Shown: positions 1-14,151 of the stretch, piece after piece
Layout of the letters: each line of letters begins with the position of its first letter
Numbering within the stretch: position 1 is the first letter of the stretch
Origin: Neocallimastix sp. 'constans'
Lineage: Eukaryota
Direction of reading: 5' to 3'
Length of the DNA: 64,000 nucleotides
NCBI GenBank assembly: GCA_050613775.1
Contig: JBODTK010000014.1
Location: forward strand, 186,001 to 250,000
Position numbers and translations under genes: made by a program
The notes under the pieces: model-generated
What the model was told of the DNA's origin: nothing
What the model saw: the letters and a program-made list of their open reading frames with translations, nothing else
The model's database searches: none

Positions 1-758
1 TAAATCAAAGATAATTTATCCTATATGGAATAGCTTCTTTCATTACATATTAAAAAAAAATCATGGTAGTAATAAATGTTGAAAACACAAAACAAAACAA
101 AAAAAAAAAAAAATAAAACAATTAAATAATTATATTATTATTAGTATTATTAAAATGTAATAACTTCGACTTTTTAGTAAAGAAGGATAATTAGCAACAT
201 CAAAAAAAAAACTACAATTTAAATATCTTTAAATAATAGAAATATATTATAAAAATATTAAAAATTTTCCTTCTTTAAATTGATGTATCTCCTCAATTTA
301 AGAAGAGTTTTATTCCATATTTAAAACTAATATTAAAAAATTAATATTCATTTATGGATTATATAAATTGATTATATTAATTATTTTTTTTTTTTATTTT
401 TTGTATAATATTGATAATTAATTTTATTAAATAATTATTAAAAATTTAAATTCATATATTTAAATATTAGGATTATTATATATATTATGTGAAATCTATA
501 TTTATATTTAACAAACTTTCTTTTTAAAAATAAAATTTAAAAAAAAAAAAAATTTCAATTCATTGTCATATGTCTAAATTAGTATGGTTAATATTCATTA
601 ATTTATGCTAATGTACTAATAATCATAAATAAAGTTTTTTTTTTTTTAAATAGTTCTTTGGATTAATTAATTATTAATTATAATAATATTAATTTAATAC
701 TACTACTACTACTACAAATAATAATAATAATAATAATTTAATACTACTACTACTACTA

Positions 759-779
759 ATAATAATAATAATATTATAC

Positions 780-848
<69 letters not shown>
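759..848. repeat. (AAT)n microsatellite
   Basis: Long run of aat triplets, read directly. Confidence 0.9.
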
Positions 849-849
<1 letters not shown>

Positions 850-1188
850 TCATAGATAAATTACTTTTATTAATAAAAAACAAAAATTTAAATAAAAGTA
901 TTGTTAGTCAATTATCTTATTGCTTTTAGTTGGTATTTATCATAATTTGATAGGATTTTATAATACCGTATCAAGGACATCAACATTAAAATAAAATAAA
1001 CTAAATCAAGTTTATTTATGATAATATCAACTTTTTCATTTCTCTTACTAGATAATTAATTTAAAGATTGATAATATCAACCATATAAATATTCATTAAT
1101 ATTTTTATTGAAGTATAATGAAATATTAAGGAATTTAAAAAAAAAAAAAAAAAAAAAATTTATAATATTAAATGTATTATTTAAATCT

Positions 1189-1607
1189 ATGAAAGGTAAT
1201 AAAGCTTCAAGACCTAGATGATATTCTTATTATTTTTTCTTATAATAATACTTGTTTGTGACCAAGAATAAGAATATAAAAAATATTTTATTGATGTTAA
1301 TTGTATTTGAAGTATTATTTATATATATATATAAATTTGGAGTTTTTCTATTTTTAATAAAATGAATTATTATTTATTTCTACTGCAATTCATTATTAAA
1401 AAAAAATAATAAAGGAGATTTATCAAATTGTAATAAATATTGTAATATTCCACTTTATAAATTTGTGTACGTAAACTTAAAAAGTTATTTTCAATATATT
1501 CGTTAATGAAATATTTAAATATATCTATAAAGAAGAGAAATTTTTATTTTTTGGTCAGAAAAATTAAGTTTTTAGTACATAAAAATAATATATTAATTTT
1601 ATATATT

Positions 1608-1640
<33 letters not shown>

Positions 1641-2228
1641 TTGAATAAATTTATGATATATCTAAGTTTATTTTAAAAATGATTTTTATAAAGATCCTAC
1701 ATTTTATCCTTATAAAATTTTTTTTTTTTTTTTAGTTCTTATTAAATTGATATTCTATTTACAGATGATTTATTGTTTTATCAATCATATCTGATATGTA
1801 TATTAATATTATGTACTCATCATTAAATTATTTTTATGTAAAAAAAAAATAATAAAAATTAATAAATCAAAGAATTTTTATTAAGCTAATGATTATAAAA
1901 TAAAAAAGTGACTTTTACATAAACTTTAAAAAAAATATTAAAAAATAGTAACAATAATTAATATTGATTATTATTTATTAACCATAATGTAAATATTAAA
2001 GTTTTATTTAATTCTTAAATTCCTTTATAATACTTGATTCAATATAGATCTTTCTTTTCCTTTTGATATATTATTTTTTTTTATTAGAATTATATATATT
2101 TATCATGAATAAAATATTTGAATTTTAAATTAAATTATAGAGTTTATAATTGAGTTTCGATGTAGATATACCTATTAGTTATTAATAACTTTTAAAATTT
2201 ATTAATTTAAATTTTTTTAAAAGAAATT

Positions 2229-2259
<31 letters not shown>

Positions 2260-2430
2260 GAAAAATATTTAATTTGATAAAACATACATCTAGTATATTA
2301 GTAAATAAACAAATATATATATTATTTTATATATATTCTTAATAGCTAACATTTATTATAATTTGACTGTTGATGATATATGAAAATTGATATATGAATA
2401 AAAAAAAAGTACTCTACTTGGTATATATAT
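1189..2430 (+). mobile_element. Highly degenerate non-LTR (LINE) reverse transcriptase relic
   Basis: Broken peptides occur in LINE RT order: MKGNKAS at 1189 (cf. KxxKAPGPD), KGDLSNCNKYCNIPL at 1411-1455 (cf. KGDxxxCxNYRGISL), FNIFVNEIF at ~1490 (cf. LFNIFINDI), ILFTDDLL at 1752 (cf. FADD), and an LGI-like motif at ~2410. Many indels; boundaries approximate. Confidence 0.6.
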
Positions 2431-2796
2431 ATATTTTTTTTAAATTGGAATATACTTTTGTTATATATTATTTTTAGTTCTTACAGTATACCCATACATA
2501 TTTTAGAAAAGTGATTAAAAGTTAGAAATCTAACAACTATCCCTACAAATGAATTTTTAATATAATATTATTTATATATCATTAATTAAATTAATTTAAT
2601 AAATAATCTTTAAACTTTGAAAACTTTATATTGCTTAATTTTTAAATTAAATTCATCATTTAATTTAAAGAAAAATATTATAATACTAATAATTTTTTTT
2701 TTTTTTTTGGTATTTTTAGTGTTTTTGGTATTTTTGATATATATTTTTTTTTATATAAATATTTATAAAATTTATTGGTTTTTTTTTTCAAACTAA

Positions 2797-3060
2797 AAAT
2801 AATAAATAATAAATAATAAATAATAAATAATAAATAATAAATAATAAATAATAAATAATAAATAATAAATAATTGAATAATTGAATAATAAATAATAAAT
2901 AATAAATAATAAATACTAAATAATAAATAATAAATAATAAATACTAAATAATAAATAATAAATAATAAATAATAAATAATAAATAATAAATAATAAATAA
3001 TAAATAATAAATAAATAATAAATAATAAATAAATAATAATATATTAAATAATAAATAATA
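2797..3060 (+). repeat. (AATAAAT)n heptamer satellite
   Basis: Tandem aataaat units directly upstream of the 3107 gene. Confidence 0.9.
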
Positions 3061-3106
3061 AATTTAAATAACAATATATTAAAATAATAATAATAATAAT
3101 AATAAA

Positions 3107-3622
3107 ATGAGTGAAGAAAATAAAAATGAACATCTTCCATTATATGGTGTTGGCCCATTCTATAATTATGGTGTGCTTGGTCTAACATTAGTTGGTATCC
3201 TATGCAAAAATTTTTCATTTTTATCAGGAGGTAATATTCATGGCCTCAGAACTCCACTTTTCCTTACTGGCTTAATTATGATAATAGGTAGTTTATGGAT
3301 GTGGCTTGTAGCTGTTAAAAAGGATAAACTATTCCAAGAAATTGAAAGTAATCATTTAGTTACCACTGGAATTTTTTCTTATGTAAGAAATCCTATTTAT
3401 TCCTCGGTTATGATTTTCTGTACTGGACTTTTAATAATTGCCGGTAATTGGTATTTAATTATTGTTCTTCCAAGTATTTTTTGGTTATTTATGACAGTTT
3501 TAATGATTAATACCGAAGAAAAATGGCTAAAGGAACGTTACGGTCAAAAATATGAGGATTATTGTAAACAAGTTAATCGTTGTATTCCATGGCCAAGCAA
3601 AAAACTTGAAAAATTAAAATAA
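3107..3622 (+). CDS. Isoprenylcysteine carboxyl methyltransferase / PEMT-family membrane methyltransferase, 171 aa, intronless
   Basis: LVTTGIFSYVRNPIYS and EEKWLKERYGQKYEDYCKQVNRCIP match the ICMT/PEMT signatures LxTxGxYxxxRHPxY and EExxLxxxFGxxYxxYxxxVxRxxP; several hydrophobic segments. Confidence 0.85.
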   Translation: MSEENKNEHLPLYGVGPFYNYGVLGLTLVGILCKNFSFLSGGNIHGLRTPLFLTGLIMIIGSLWMWLVAVKKDKLFQEIESNHLVTTGIFSYVRNPIYSSVMIFCTGLLIIAGNWYLIIVLPSIFWLFMTVLMINTEEKWLKERYGQKYEDYCKQVNRCIPWPSKKLEKLK

Positions 3623-6600
3623 AAATTTTGATATACTTTTATATATATATATATAAATTAAAATAAATTAAATTAAAAATAAAACATTATTTGATTTTAA
3701 TATAATGATATATAAATTTTAAATAAAGTAAATCAGTAAACCATTTTCATTAATTAAAGAAATGCATTTATTTGAATTACTTTTTTAAATGGTTTTCATT
3801 TAAATGACGATTTTTATTTATTTAGAATTCCTCTAAAAATTATATAAATAAATTTATAAATTATATATATATTTTATATATTAAAAAAATTTTTTTTAAA
3901 AATAAAATAAACATTACATACCAACTTTAATTTTTAAAATTTTAAAATATATAAAATATATAAAATATATATATATATAAATATTAAAATTATATAAAAT
4001 AAAATATTAAAAAAAGTATTATATATTTATTAACTCCAAAACCATTCCTTCAAATTGAAAATTCTTAAATCTAATAGGATAGTTTAAACAATAAAATATA
4101 TTAAAAAAAAAAAAAAATTAAAATTCTAGACTTGCTATTCTTTATTTCTTCTTATATTATTATTATTATTATCATTATTTTTATAAAATAAATAAGGAAA
4201 TATAATTATTAAATTAAGTATTTTGAAAAATAAATAAATATACAAAGTATTCAAAATGATAAAAAAAAAAAATGAAATAAAACTTTAAATTTTGAAATTT
4301 CTATATATAAGCTAAAATTTCCTTTTGAACTAATTTTAATAATCTTTTTTTTTTATTATTATTTTTTTTTAAATTGTAATATTTGACTTTTAAATAATAT
4401 TATAGTTAATATATAAATATCAATTGATAACTAATGTTTTATTTAAAAAAGAAAAAGAAAAAATAATAATAGTCAAAAAAAAAAAAATATATATATTTAA
4501 ATAATATTTATAATTAAAAAATAGTAATATTAAATACTATAAATAAATATATATATAATAAATAATATTATATATTATATGTAAATTTTATTAATTAATG
4601 TGAAGTTATAATCGTATAATAATCAATAGAACCATTATTTATATATTTATATAAACTAGAAAAAACATTTTAACACACACAAAAAAGCCCATTATTCAAA
4701 AAATATAAAAATAAATTTTATTTTGAAGTGTCTATTTAATAATAAAAATAAAAGTTTTAAAATTCTTTGGATAATAATTGAATTTACATAAACTATTCTT
4801 GAGAACAGGTAATAGTAATAAGTAATAGGAAATAAATAAATGAAAACAAACAATTTAGTGAGTGTAACTTTTTTTTTTTTTTACAAATATTTCATTTTCA
4901 TACTTTCATATTCAAAAATATACACATATATATTTATATTTTTTTTTTTTTTTGAATATGAAAATGAAGAAAAATATAAAAGAAATAAAATTTTATTAAC
5001 AATTTTTATATAAATACTAAAATAATGGATATAATAAATACTATATTTAACATGTATTAAATATAAAATACTAATTGCATATTGAATAATTATAAATGTG
5101 TTCACAATATCATCATTAAAATAAAAAGTTTAATATGATAGGAAAAGGTAACAAATTATATTTGAAATACTTTAAAAAAAATTAAAAAAATTTATTGGCT
5201 AAATTTAAAAATTATAAATTTTAAAATGTATATATCATAAAATGGAACAGAACAATAAGATAAATATATTATTAATATATTATAATATTTAATAAAATAT
5301 ATTTGAAATTATTAAGTTAATATATTGAAAATACAGAATTTTTATTAAAATATCAACAAATAATGTTTAATAAAAAAAATTTAAAAAAATTTAGATTCAA
5401 ATTTATTTTAATATAAATGATTATTGACAGTTTTAAATATTAAATATATCGATATATTTTTTTTTTTTATATTCAAATCAAAAAAAAAAAAAAAAAAAAA
5501 GGTATTAAATGGTAAAAAATAATAGTTTATAAACTTTATTAACAACTTCATAATGAAAATAAATAAAAAAAAAAGATATAATTATATAAAGTAAAAATTT
5601 TATATTTGTTAACATATTAATTTTTAAAATTATGCTAAGCTAAGTAATAAGTAAAAATTGTTGATATATTCATTTTGATTAACCAATAAAATATTTAAAA
5701 AAAAAAAAAAAAAAACATTTTATGTTTATAATAACATTATATATTATTAAACCTTAATTAACAGAAAGTCTTTATTTAAAGTATAATAAATATATAAATT
5801 AAATAATATAAATTGAAAAAAAAAAAAAATTATGAAATAAATTTAAAGTAAAAAAGGAAGATAATTTAAATGTAATTCTATTTTAATATTTTAAAAAAGG
5901 TGATTAATTTAAAATTTAAATGGTGATTTAATTTTTTTTAAAAATAATTTTTACATTAATATATATATAACTGATGAGCATGCATAAATATTTAATTATA
6001 TATAACATTTATAATAAATATTTAATACTTTGATATTATTTTTTTAATTAAAAAAAAAAAAAAAACATGAATTTTATAATTTTTATGAACATTATAAAAC
6101 TTATATAAAATTTTAATATAATTAATATAATTTTTTTTTATAAGGTAAGTGTAGAGTTTATTCTTTTTATATAATTTGATAGATAATTAATTTTTTTTAT
6201 TTAATACAATGAATATTTTAATATAAGAATTTTGGAATTACTTGTTTTTAATTCATTACTAAAATACTTTTAAATCAGTACTATAAATATATAAAAATAA
6301 GTAAACCAAGAAATATATAATAAAATGGGGGAAGAAAAGAAAAAAAAAACTATTTCACGTAAAACAATAATGAGTCAAATAATAAATAAAAGCACACCTA
6401 TGTCAAAATTATTTTAACCAAGTATTTTTAGTATCTCTAATGAAAGATATTAGTATTTATATTTGTTTTTCTTTTATTAATTATCTTAAGGTTAATAATT
6501 ATTGTTAAGGAAGCTTTGAAAAAATGACTATTAAACAGAATTTAATGGATATGGATAGATATTCCTATAGTTATTCCTTTATTAGTTGATATTTCGTTAA

Positions 6601-7041
6601 TTAATGATTGTCTTAATTTATAGTTATTCTAAAAAATTATTATTTCTAACAATTTATAATTATTAATAAACAAATTTATATATCATCATAAAATTATTAA
6701 TAACTATTTTTTTTATTAGATATTTTTGATAATTAGAATATTAGTGTTTAAAAAGTAAAAAGGTTTTTAATAATTTATCGGGAAGAGATTTAAAGTTTTT
6801 CTTATTGAATTAAATTAAAAATAATATTAAATCTTACTTAATAATTCAAAAAAAAAAAAAAAAAAAAAAGTAAAGAAAAAAAAAAAAGAGATTAATTTTT
6901 ATATTTTGAGTACTTAAAGCTTATTTGTCCAAAAATCCGTTGCAATTTTTTTTTTTTTTTTTTTTTTAATTTTAAATTAAATTATAAAATCATTGATTTC
7001 ACAATAAATAAAGATTTAAACTCTACAAAATAAAATAAAAT

Positions 7042-7072
<31 letters not shown>

Positions 7073-7930
7073 AAGGTACTTTGTATAAACTAAAAAATAC
7101 ATTTAATTAATTATAAAAACTTTTTTTTTTAAATAATATACTTATATTAAAAATTATATTTAAAATTCATAATATATATATATAGAAAAAAAGATAATTA
7201 AGGTAATAATAAATATTATTAAATAATAATAAATAGTGATAATTCTTTTTATTAGATAGAAAGTACGAAAATATATTATTTGATTAATAATATCATATAC
7301 TATAACAAAAAAAAAAAAAAAAAACTGTATTACAATATATTAAATATTATCAATAGTATATGATGAACAGATATATATATGAACATATACTACTATTGTT
7401 AATATTTGATATATTGTAATAGAGTTGATTTTGCTAAAAATTATTTATTTTTAAAAAAAAAAATTAATTTATCATTATATATTTTTTTTATTTAAATATC
7501 TTATAATGTATGTATTTATAGTACTCTTCTATTTAAAAAGTATAATTTATTACATAAAGCAAATGAAAATCTTTTTTTTTTTTTTTTTTTTCTTCCCATT
7601 TCCTTCCAATTTAATATAAAATATGTATGTATATATACAAAATGAAATAAAATCAATATTAGTTTTTTTTAATTAAAATATAATATTTTCATTTTTAAAT
7701 TATACCTTTGTTATGGAATAATTAATAATATAATAAAATGAAAATAAAATAAAATTAAATAATATAAAATTAAATAATATAAAATAAAATTTAATAAAAA
7801 AAAATTAAAATTAAATAAAAAAAAAAAATAAAATTAAATAAAAAAAAAATAATAAATTAATTAATAAATTAATTAAAAATTAAAGTTAAAAAATAATACT
7901 TTAATGTATAACTTTATTATTTATTATTAT

Positions 7931-7971
<41 letters not shown>

Positions 7972-8899
7972 GGTGTAACTTTATTCATACCTTCCTATAT
8001 TTTATATATTTTTTTTATTTCTTTTTTTTTTTAAGATAATAAAAAATAATAATAATAAAAAATAATGATTAATTAAATAGCATACTTATTCTAATAAAAG
8101 TATTTGAATAATTATTTAATTATTTCTTATTTAGTTTTTTTTTTTTTAACATTTTATATTTGTTTATTTTATAATAAATTTTATGAATATTTTATTATTA
8201 CTAATAAATATAATAAAGAAAGGGAATACCTTTCACTATTTGAGGGAGGTGACTTCTAACTAATAATTAAAAAGATTTAATCCATAAATTTTAATTTTAA
8301 AATCTTATATGTTTGAAAAATTTAAATTAAAAGTGTAATGATATTACGTAAATTTTTTTTTTTTTTTTTTGTTTTGAAAAGAATTAAATAAAATAAATAC
8401 TAATAAAAAAAGTTTTAATGAGTTTTATTTTTTTTATTATTATTATTATTAAAGTATATTTAATTTTAAATAATTTATAATTTACATTATAATTTTTTCA
8501 CATTCTATTTTATTTAATATAATATATATTTCTAGGTATATTCTAATTTTACATATTTAATGGTATAATTTCCATATATATTATTTTTAATAAAATATTT
8601 AAAAAAAAGATATTAAATCCATTATCGGATATACAGTATTCTATTACAATTTTTTTTATATAAATAATGTTAAATATTTCATATTATAATATTTATGTAT
8701 ATAAATTTGTATTTAGGTATATTTTTATATTCTTTTATAATATTCAAAATTTTTAAATTTTATTATGAATATTATAAAAAAAATATATATATAAGATTTT
8801 TGAAATATAAATGATGATTGTTTAAATAATGAATCAAATCATTAATTTAATAATCATTATAATATTAATTGATTATTCAATTTATCTTAATTAAATTAA

Positions 8900-10020
8900 T
8901 TAAAATAATAAAGATAAAATAGCAATTGCAATAGATAAAATGATACTGGAATGAAGCGTAATAGCATTTGAAGTATTTTCCGCTTCTTTATTAATACTAA
9001 TTGTTGATGAATTATTATTAGCATTATTTGAAATAATAGTGGAATTATTTTTATTATTTTCATTGGAGTTATTATTAATTTCTCCATTATTTAAATTATT
9101 TTGATTGCCTTCATCATTGGATGTACTTTGATATGGTGAAACTCCAATACATTCAGAAAGTGGAACAAAATTATATCCAAGACTTTGAACATATTCAATT
9201 ACTGTTGGAAGAACAATATTAACTGTACTTGGATAAACATCATGCATTAAGGTAATGAAACTATGAGTTTTTGGAGAAACATTTGGATTTGCAAGTTGTT
9301 CATTTAAAGTAGCAATCACATTGTCTACATCTTCTTTATATTGCCAATCCATGGTATCGGTTCCCCACATAATGATATTGTATCCTCTTTCTCCTAAATA
9401 TTCTTGAATCATTTCAGACATTTCTTTCTTATGAGGATCACGTTCAACATAAGCACCATTTCCACAAGGAGGTCTGAAATAAGCAGGTTTTACACCAATA
9501 ATTTCTTCAATTTTATCGGTCATATCATCAACATTTTCTTTCATTGAACCTTCTTCAATGGCTTCAAATAAATCTTTATGATTATAAGTATGAGAACCGA
9601 TATCATGACCAGCAGCATAAGTTTTCTTCACGGTTTCAACGGCAGAAGGATCATTTTCAAGATCACTCCAATTATGAGCATTAATAAAGAATGTTCCCTT
9701 TATATTATATTTCTTTAAAACATCTAAAGCGATTGGAGTTGTTTCAGGGTTTGGACCATCATCGACTATTAATTATAAAATGATTTAAAATTATTCATTA
9801 ATATAAATTATTTATATAAATTATCTATAAAAAATTATTTATATAAAATATCTATATTAAATATTTATATAACATATTTATAAAATTATTAAATCTTACA
9901 AGTTAAAACAAATTGACCAGGCTTTAAACAATTTCTATAAATTTTAGCTTTATCTGCAACAACTGAATTTGCTAATAAAGCAGTAAGAGTTAAAAATTTT
10001 AAATTAATTCTTGGAAACAT
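8900..10020 (-). CDS. CE4 polysaccharide (chitin) deacetylase, secreted, probable GPI anchor; copy A; exons 10020-9900 and 9765-8900; 328 aa
   Basis: Signal peptide MFPRINLKFLTLTALLANSVVA. Removing the 134-nt GTAAG..TAG intron (9899-9766) restores TFDDGP. Also HTYNH, RPPCG, DTMDW and LMHD motifs, an N/S linker and a hydrophobic C-terminus. Confidence 0.92.
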
Positions 10021-10780
10021 TTTTTTTTATTTTTATTTTTTATTTTTTTTATTTTTTTTATTTTTTTTATTTATAATATATTTGTTTTTCTAATTAATTT
10101 TTTTTTTTTTTTTTTAATCTAAATATTAAATATATTACTAATACGAAAAAAAAATTTTTAAAGTAATTCTCTCTTCCTTATATATAGAATTTTTTAATAA
10201 TATATTATTATTACAAAAAAAAAAAAAATGTTGTTTTAAGCTAAAAATAGATTTATTTACATTGATATAAATTATTTTTTGCAAGATTATACACAAAATG
10301 ATATAAAATAAATAACCATAAACTATAATTATATTTTAAATTTAAAATCTAAAGACATTTTTAATATTACACAAATCTTTTTATAAATTATATATTCAAA
10401 AAAAAAAAAAAATTTTTTTTATTTTATTAATTTTTTTTGTTAAACTTTCTATTTAAAATCGGCAAAAATATTTAAAATAAATAGGTTACACCAATATATT
10501 TATTATAATTATGTTTTTTAACCAGAAATTATTTTGTTTTTATTTATAATTTCAATAATTAACATATTATATTTATAATTTGACTTCAATATATATTTTT
10601 TTCCGATTTTTCCTAAATAATATTATATTAATCATATTTATATTATATTTAATTATAATATAAATATTTAATAATTTATTATTTTTTTTTAATTATTTTT
10701 ATATAAAAATTTTTTTTATATAAAAAAATTAATACTTACTATGAGTTATAGAAAAAAAAAAAAATAAAATAAAACTTTAT

Positions 10781-11020
10781 TATATAAAATTTTATTATTT
10801 TAATAATATATATTTAATATTATTTTATTATTCATAAATAGTATATATAAATATAAAATATTTATCAAAAGCAAACATTTAAAAAATCGGAAAAATTAAT
10901 TATATAAAATTTTATTATTTTAATAATATATATTTAATATTATTTTATTATTCATAAATAGTATATATAAATATAAAATATTTATCAAAAGCAAACATTT
11001 AAAAAATCGGAAAAATTAAT
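10781..11020 (+). repeat. 2 x 120-bp tandem duplication
   Basis: Sequence lines 10801/10921 and 10861/10981 match with period 120. Confidence 0.9.
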
Positions 11021-11126
11021 TATAATTATTATTATTATTATTACTATTATTATAATTATTATTGATTATTATATTAATTATTAATATTATTATTAATTAT
11101 TATTAATAATTATTATTATTATCATT

Positions 11127-11157
<31 letters not shown>

Positions 11158-11371
11158 ATTCATATTTTTTTCATAATAATTCATAATTTCTTTTTATGTT
11201 TTATTTTCTTTTTATATTTTATTTTCTTTTTATATTTTATTTTAAAAATTTATAAATTTAGCAATAAAAGAATCAATAGAAAAAGCTTTGTTTATTTTTA
11301 ATGATTTTATTTTTATTATTTAATATTATTAATTATTATTATATTATTATAATAAGCAAAATATTTATATA

Positions 11372-11402
<31 letters not shown>

Positions 11403-11544
11403 AATGTTATATATATAATAAAAAATATTGGAAACAATTTTAGGAAAATTAATCATTTTAATATTTTGATTTCTTTTATTAATTAAAACTATGAAAAATT
11501 TTAGTAATTTAAAAAAAAAAAACAGAAAATAAAAATTAAAAGTT

Positions 11545-12187
11545 TAAACAAAAAACAATAATAAAAATTAAATAATAATAAAATAAAATTAAAATAAAAT
11601 AGTATATATTAGTAATTAATAAAATAATTATAATACTAATTTGTTAATTTTAATTTCTTAGTTAATTATACCAAAACTGTGAATTATTTAGTAATTTGAA
11701 AAAATGAAAAAAGGAATTATTAATTATTAAAAAAAATATTGATATATATATATATCATAAATCAAAAATAAAAATTTAAATTTTATTATTGCTAATAATT
11801 TTTATTTTATTAGAAGCCTTTTATATAAAAATTTTTAATAATATAAAATTAATATAATTAAATATAAACAAAAAACAATAATAAAAATTAAATAATAATA
11901 AAATAAAATTAAAATAAAATAGTATATATTAGTAATTAATAAAATAATTATAATACTAATTTGTTAATTTTAATTTCTTAGTTAATTATACCAAAACTGT
12001 GAATTATTTAGTAATTTGAAAAAATGAAAAAAGGAATTATTAATTATTAAAAAAAATATTGATATATATATATATCATAAATCAAAAATAAAAATTTAAA
12101 TTTTATTATTGCTAATAATTTTTATTTTATTAGAAGCCTTTTATATAAAAATTTTTAATAATATAAAATTAATATAATTAAATATAA
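11545..12187 (+). repeat. 2 x 320-bp tandem duplication
   Basis: taaacaaaaaacaata... starts at 11545 and again at 11865; the copies read identical. Confidence 0.88.
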
Positions 12188-14151
12188 TTATTTCAAAGAA
12201 TATAGAAAAATAAACTAAAAATAAATTAATTTTCATTGATATAAATAATTTTTTGAAAGATAATACACAAAATAAAATTAAAGAAATAACCATGAAATAT
12301 AAATTTTTTTTTAAATTTAAATATCTAAAATCATTTTTAATATTACACAAATCTTTTTTGATATACTTTCTATTTAAAATCGGCAAAAATATTTTAAAAT
12401 AAATTGGTGTAACCTATTTATTTATTTATTGATTTTTTATTACTTTTAACCAGTAATTATTTTGCTTTTTATTTATAATTACACTAATTACATTTTTCAT
12501 ATATATGCGAATTTTAATTTCATTCACCATTGATTTCTTGTAATAATTTATAAATAAGTATAATTGAAAAATCAAACAATGAAAAACTATATAAAATAGA
12601 ATAAAAAACAGTCAATCGGAAAAAAAAAAAGATATCATAAATATAAATAAATATATATATATAAAGTAATATAAAAACAAATATTTATTATTTAATATTA
12701 ACTAATAATTTATTTTATTAAAAGATTTTATTTTATGATATGTTATAATTTATATTTTATTTCAGATTTCAATTTATTTTATAAAATATATATTTCTAGG
12801 TATATTTTAAATTTTTATATTTAATGGGATAAATAATTAGTTTAAATTGGTATAAAATAATTATAATTTTAAAACTTCAATTATTATAAATAATTATAAT
12901 ACTTTTCATTAATATGAAATTTTCAGAATTAGTATAAATAATAATAATAATAATACTATTTTTCATTTATGTAAAATTTTCAGAAATCATGGTATCTTAA
13001 GATAAAAATAGAATTCTTTACCTTCTTTAAAATTATTTTTTGAACGATTATACAAAAAAAAAATAAAATAAAATAAAATAAAATAAAAATCATAACCAAA
13101 AATTATATTTTAAAATTCAATATATCAATACATTTTAATATTACACAAGTTTTTCATGTATTATTATATATATTTAAATTCTTTAAAAAAAATGAATTAA
13201 TGTATCTTTTTTATTTTATTTCTATTTAGCCAAAATTAAATAAAAATATTTATTATTCTTTATAATTAAATTCTGAAAAGAAATTTTAAAATCAGGCTCA
13301 TGGAATATTAAAAAATTGAAAGAGATGAATAAATAATACAATTATTTATAGAAACTATTGTCTAATATCAAATTTATAATATAAACAATTAATATACTAT
13401 TTTAATAATTTTTATTTCTAACAAAAATGTTATAATAATGAAACAATTTTTTTTTAGTATTTATTTCATTTTTAAATTAAATATGACATTAGGAAGTAAT
13501 TTTTCATTAAACCGGAGAATATTATTTAATTAGTGAATTTTGATTTAATATAAAAGTGAGTTTTAATTTTATATAATATGATTTTTATATGTATATTATA
13601 TTATATTATATTTGTTATTATGTTTTGAATTTGTATATAAATATATAAATTCCAAATAAATATAATAATGATGATTGTAATTTTAATATTTAATATTTTA
13701 TAAATTATAAAAATATTTTTGTGTAATATTAAAAATGACTTTAAATATTCAATTTAAAATATAATTATAGTTTATGGTTATATCTTTTATTTTATTTTGT
13801 GTATAATCTTGCAAAAAATAATTTATATCAATGTAAATAAATCTATTTTTAGCTTAAAACACCTTTTTTTTAGTAATAATTATAAATAATTATAAATTAT
13901 TTTAATTAATAATTTTGTTATTTCTATTAAATATAAAAAGGAAAAAAATTATATATTTGTTTTAATAATTTATAATTAATTTTTTTGTATTATTAAAAAA
14001 TTCCATATATAAGGAAGAGAAAATTATTTCAAAAAATATTTTTTTCATATTTGTAATATATTTATTTATTTTAATATTTAGATTTTAAAAAATAAATAAT
14101 TAAAAAAAGAAATAATTAAAAAAAATAAAAAAATAAAAATAAAAAAAAAAA

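Noticed and set aside
2916..3218. 100-aa Y/L/F/I-rich minus-strand ORF
   Set aside because: Translation of the AATAAAT satellite, antisense to a real gene.
6380..6950. Slightly GC-richer patch that might be decayed coding or TE sequence
   Set aside because: No recognisable motif or open frame.
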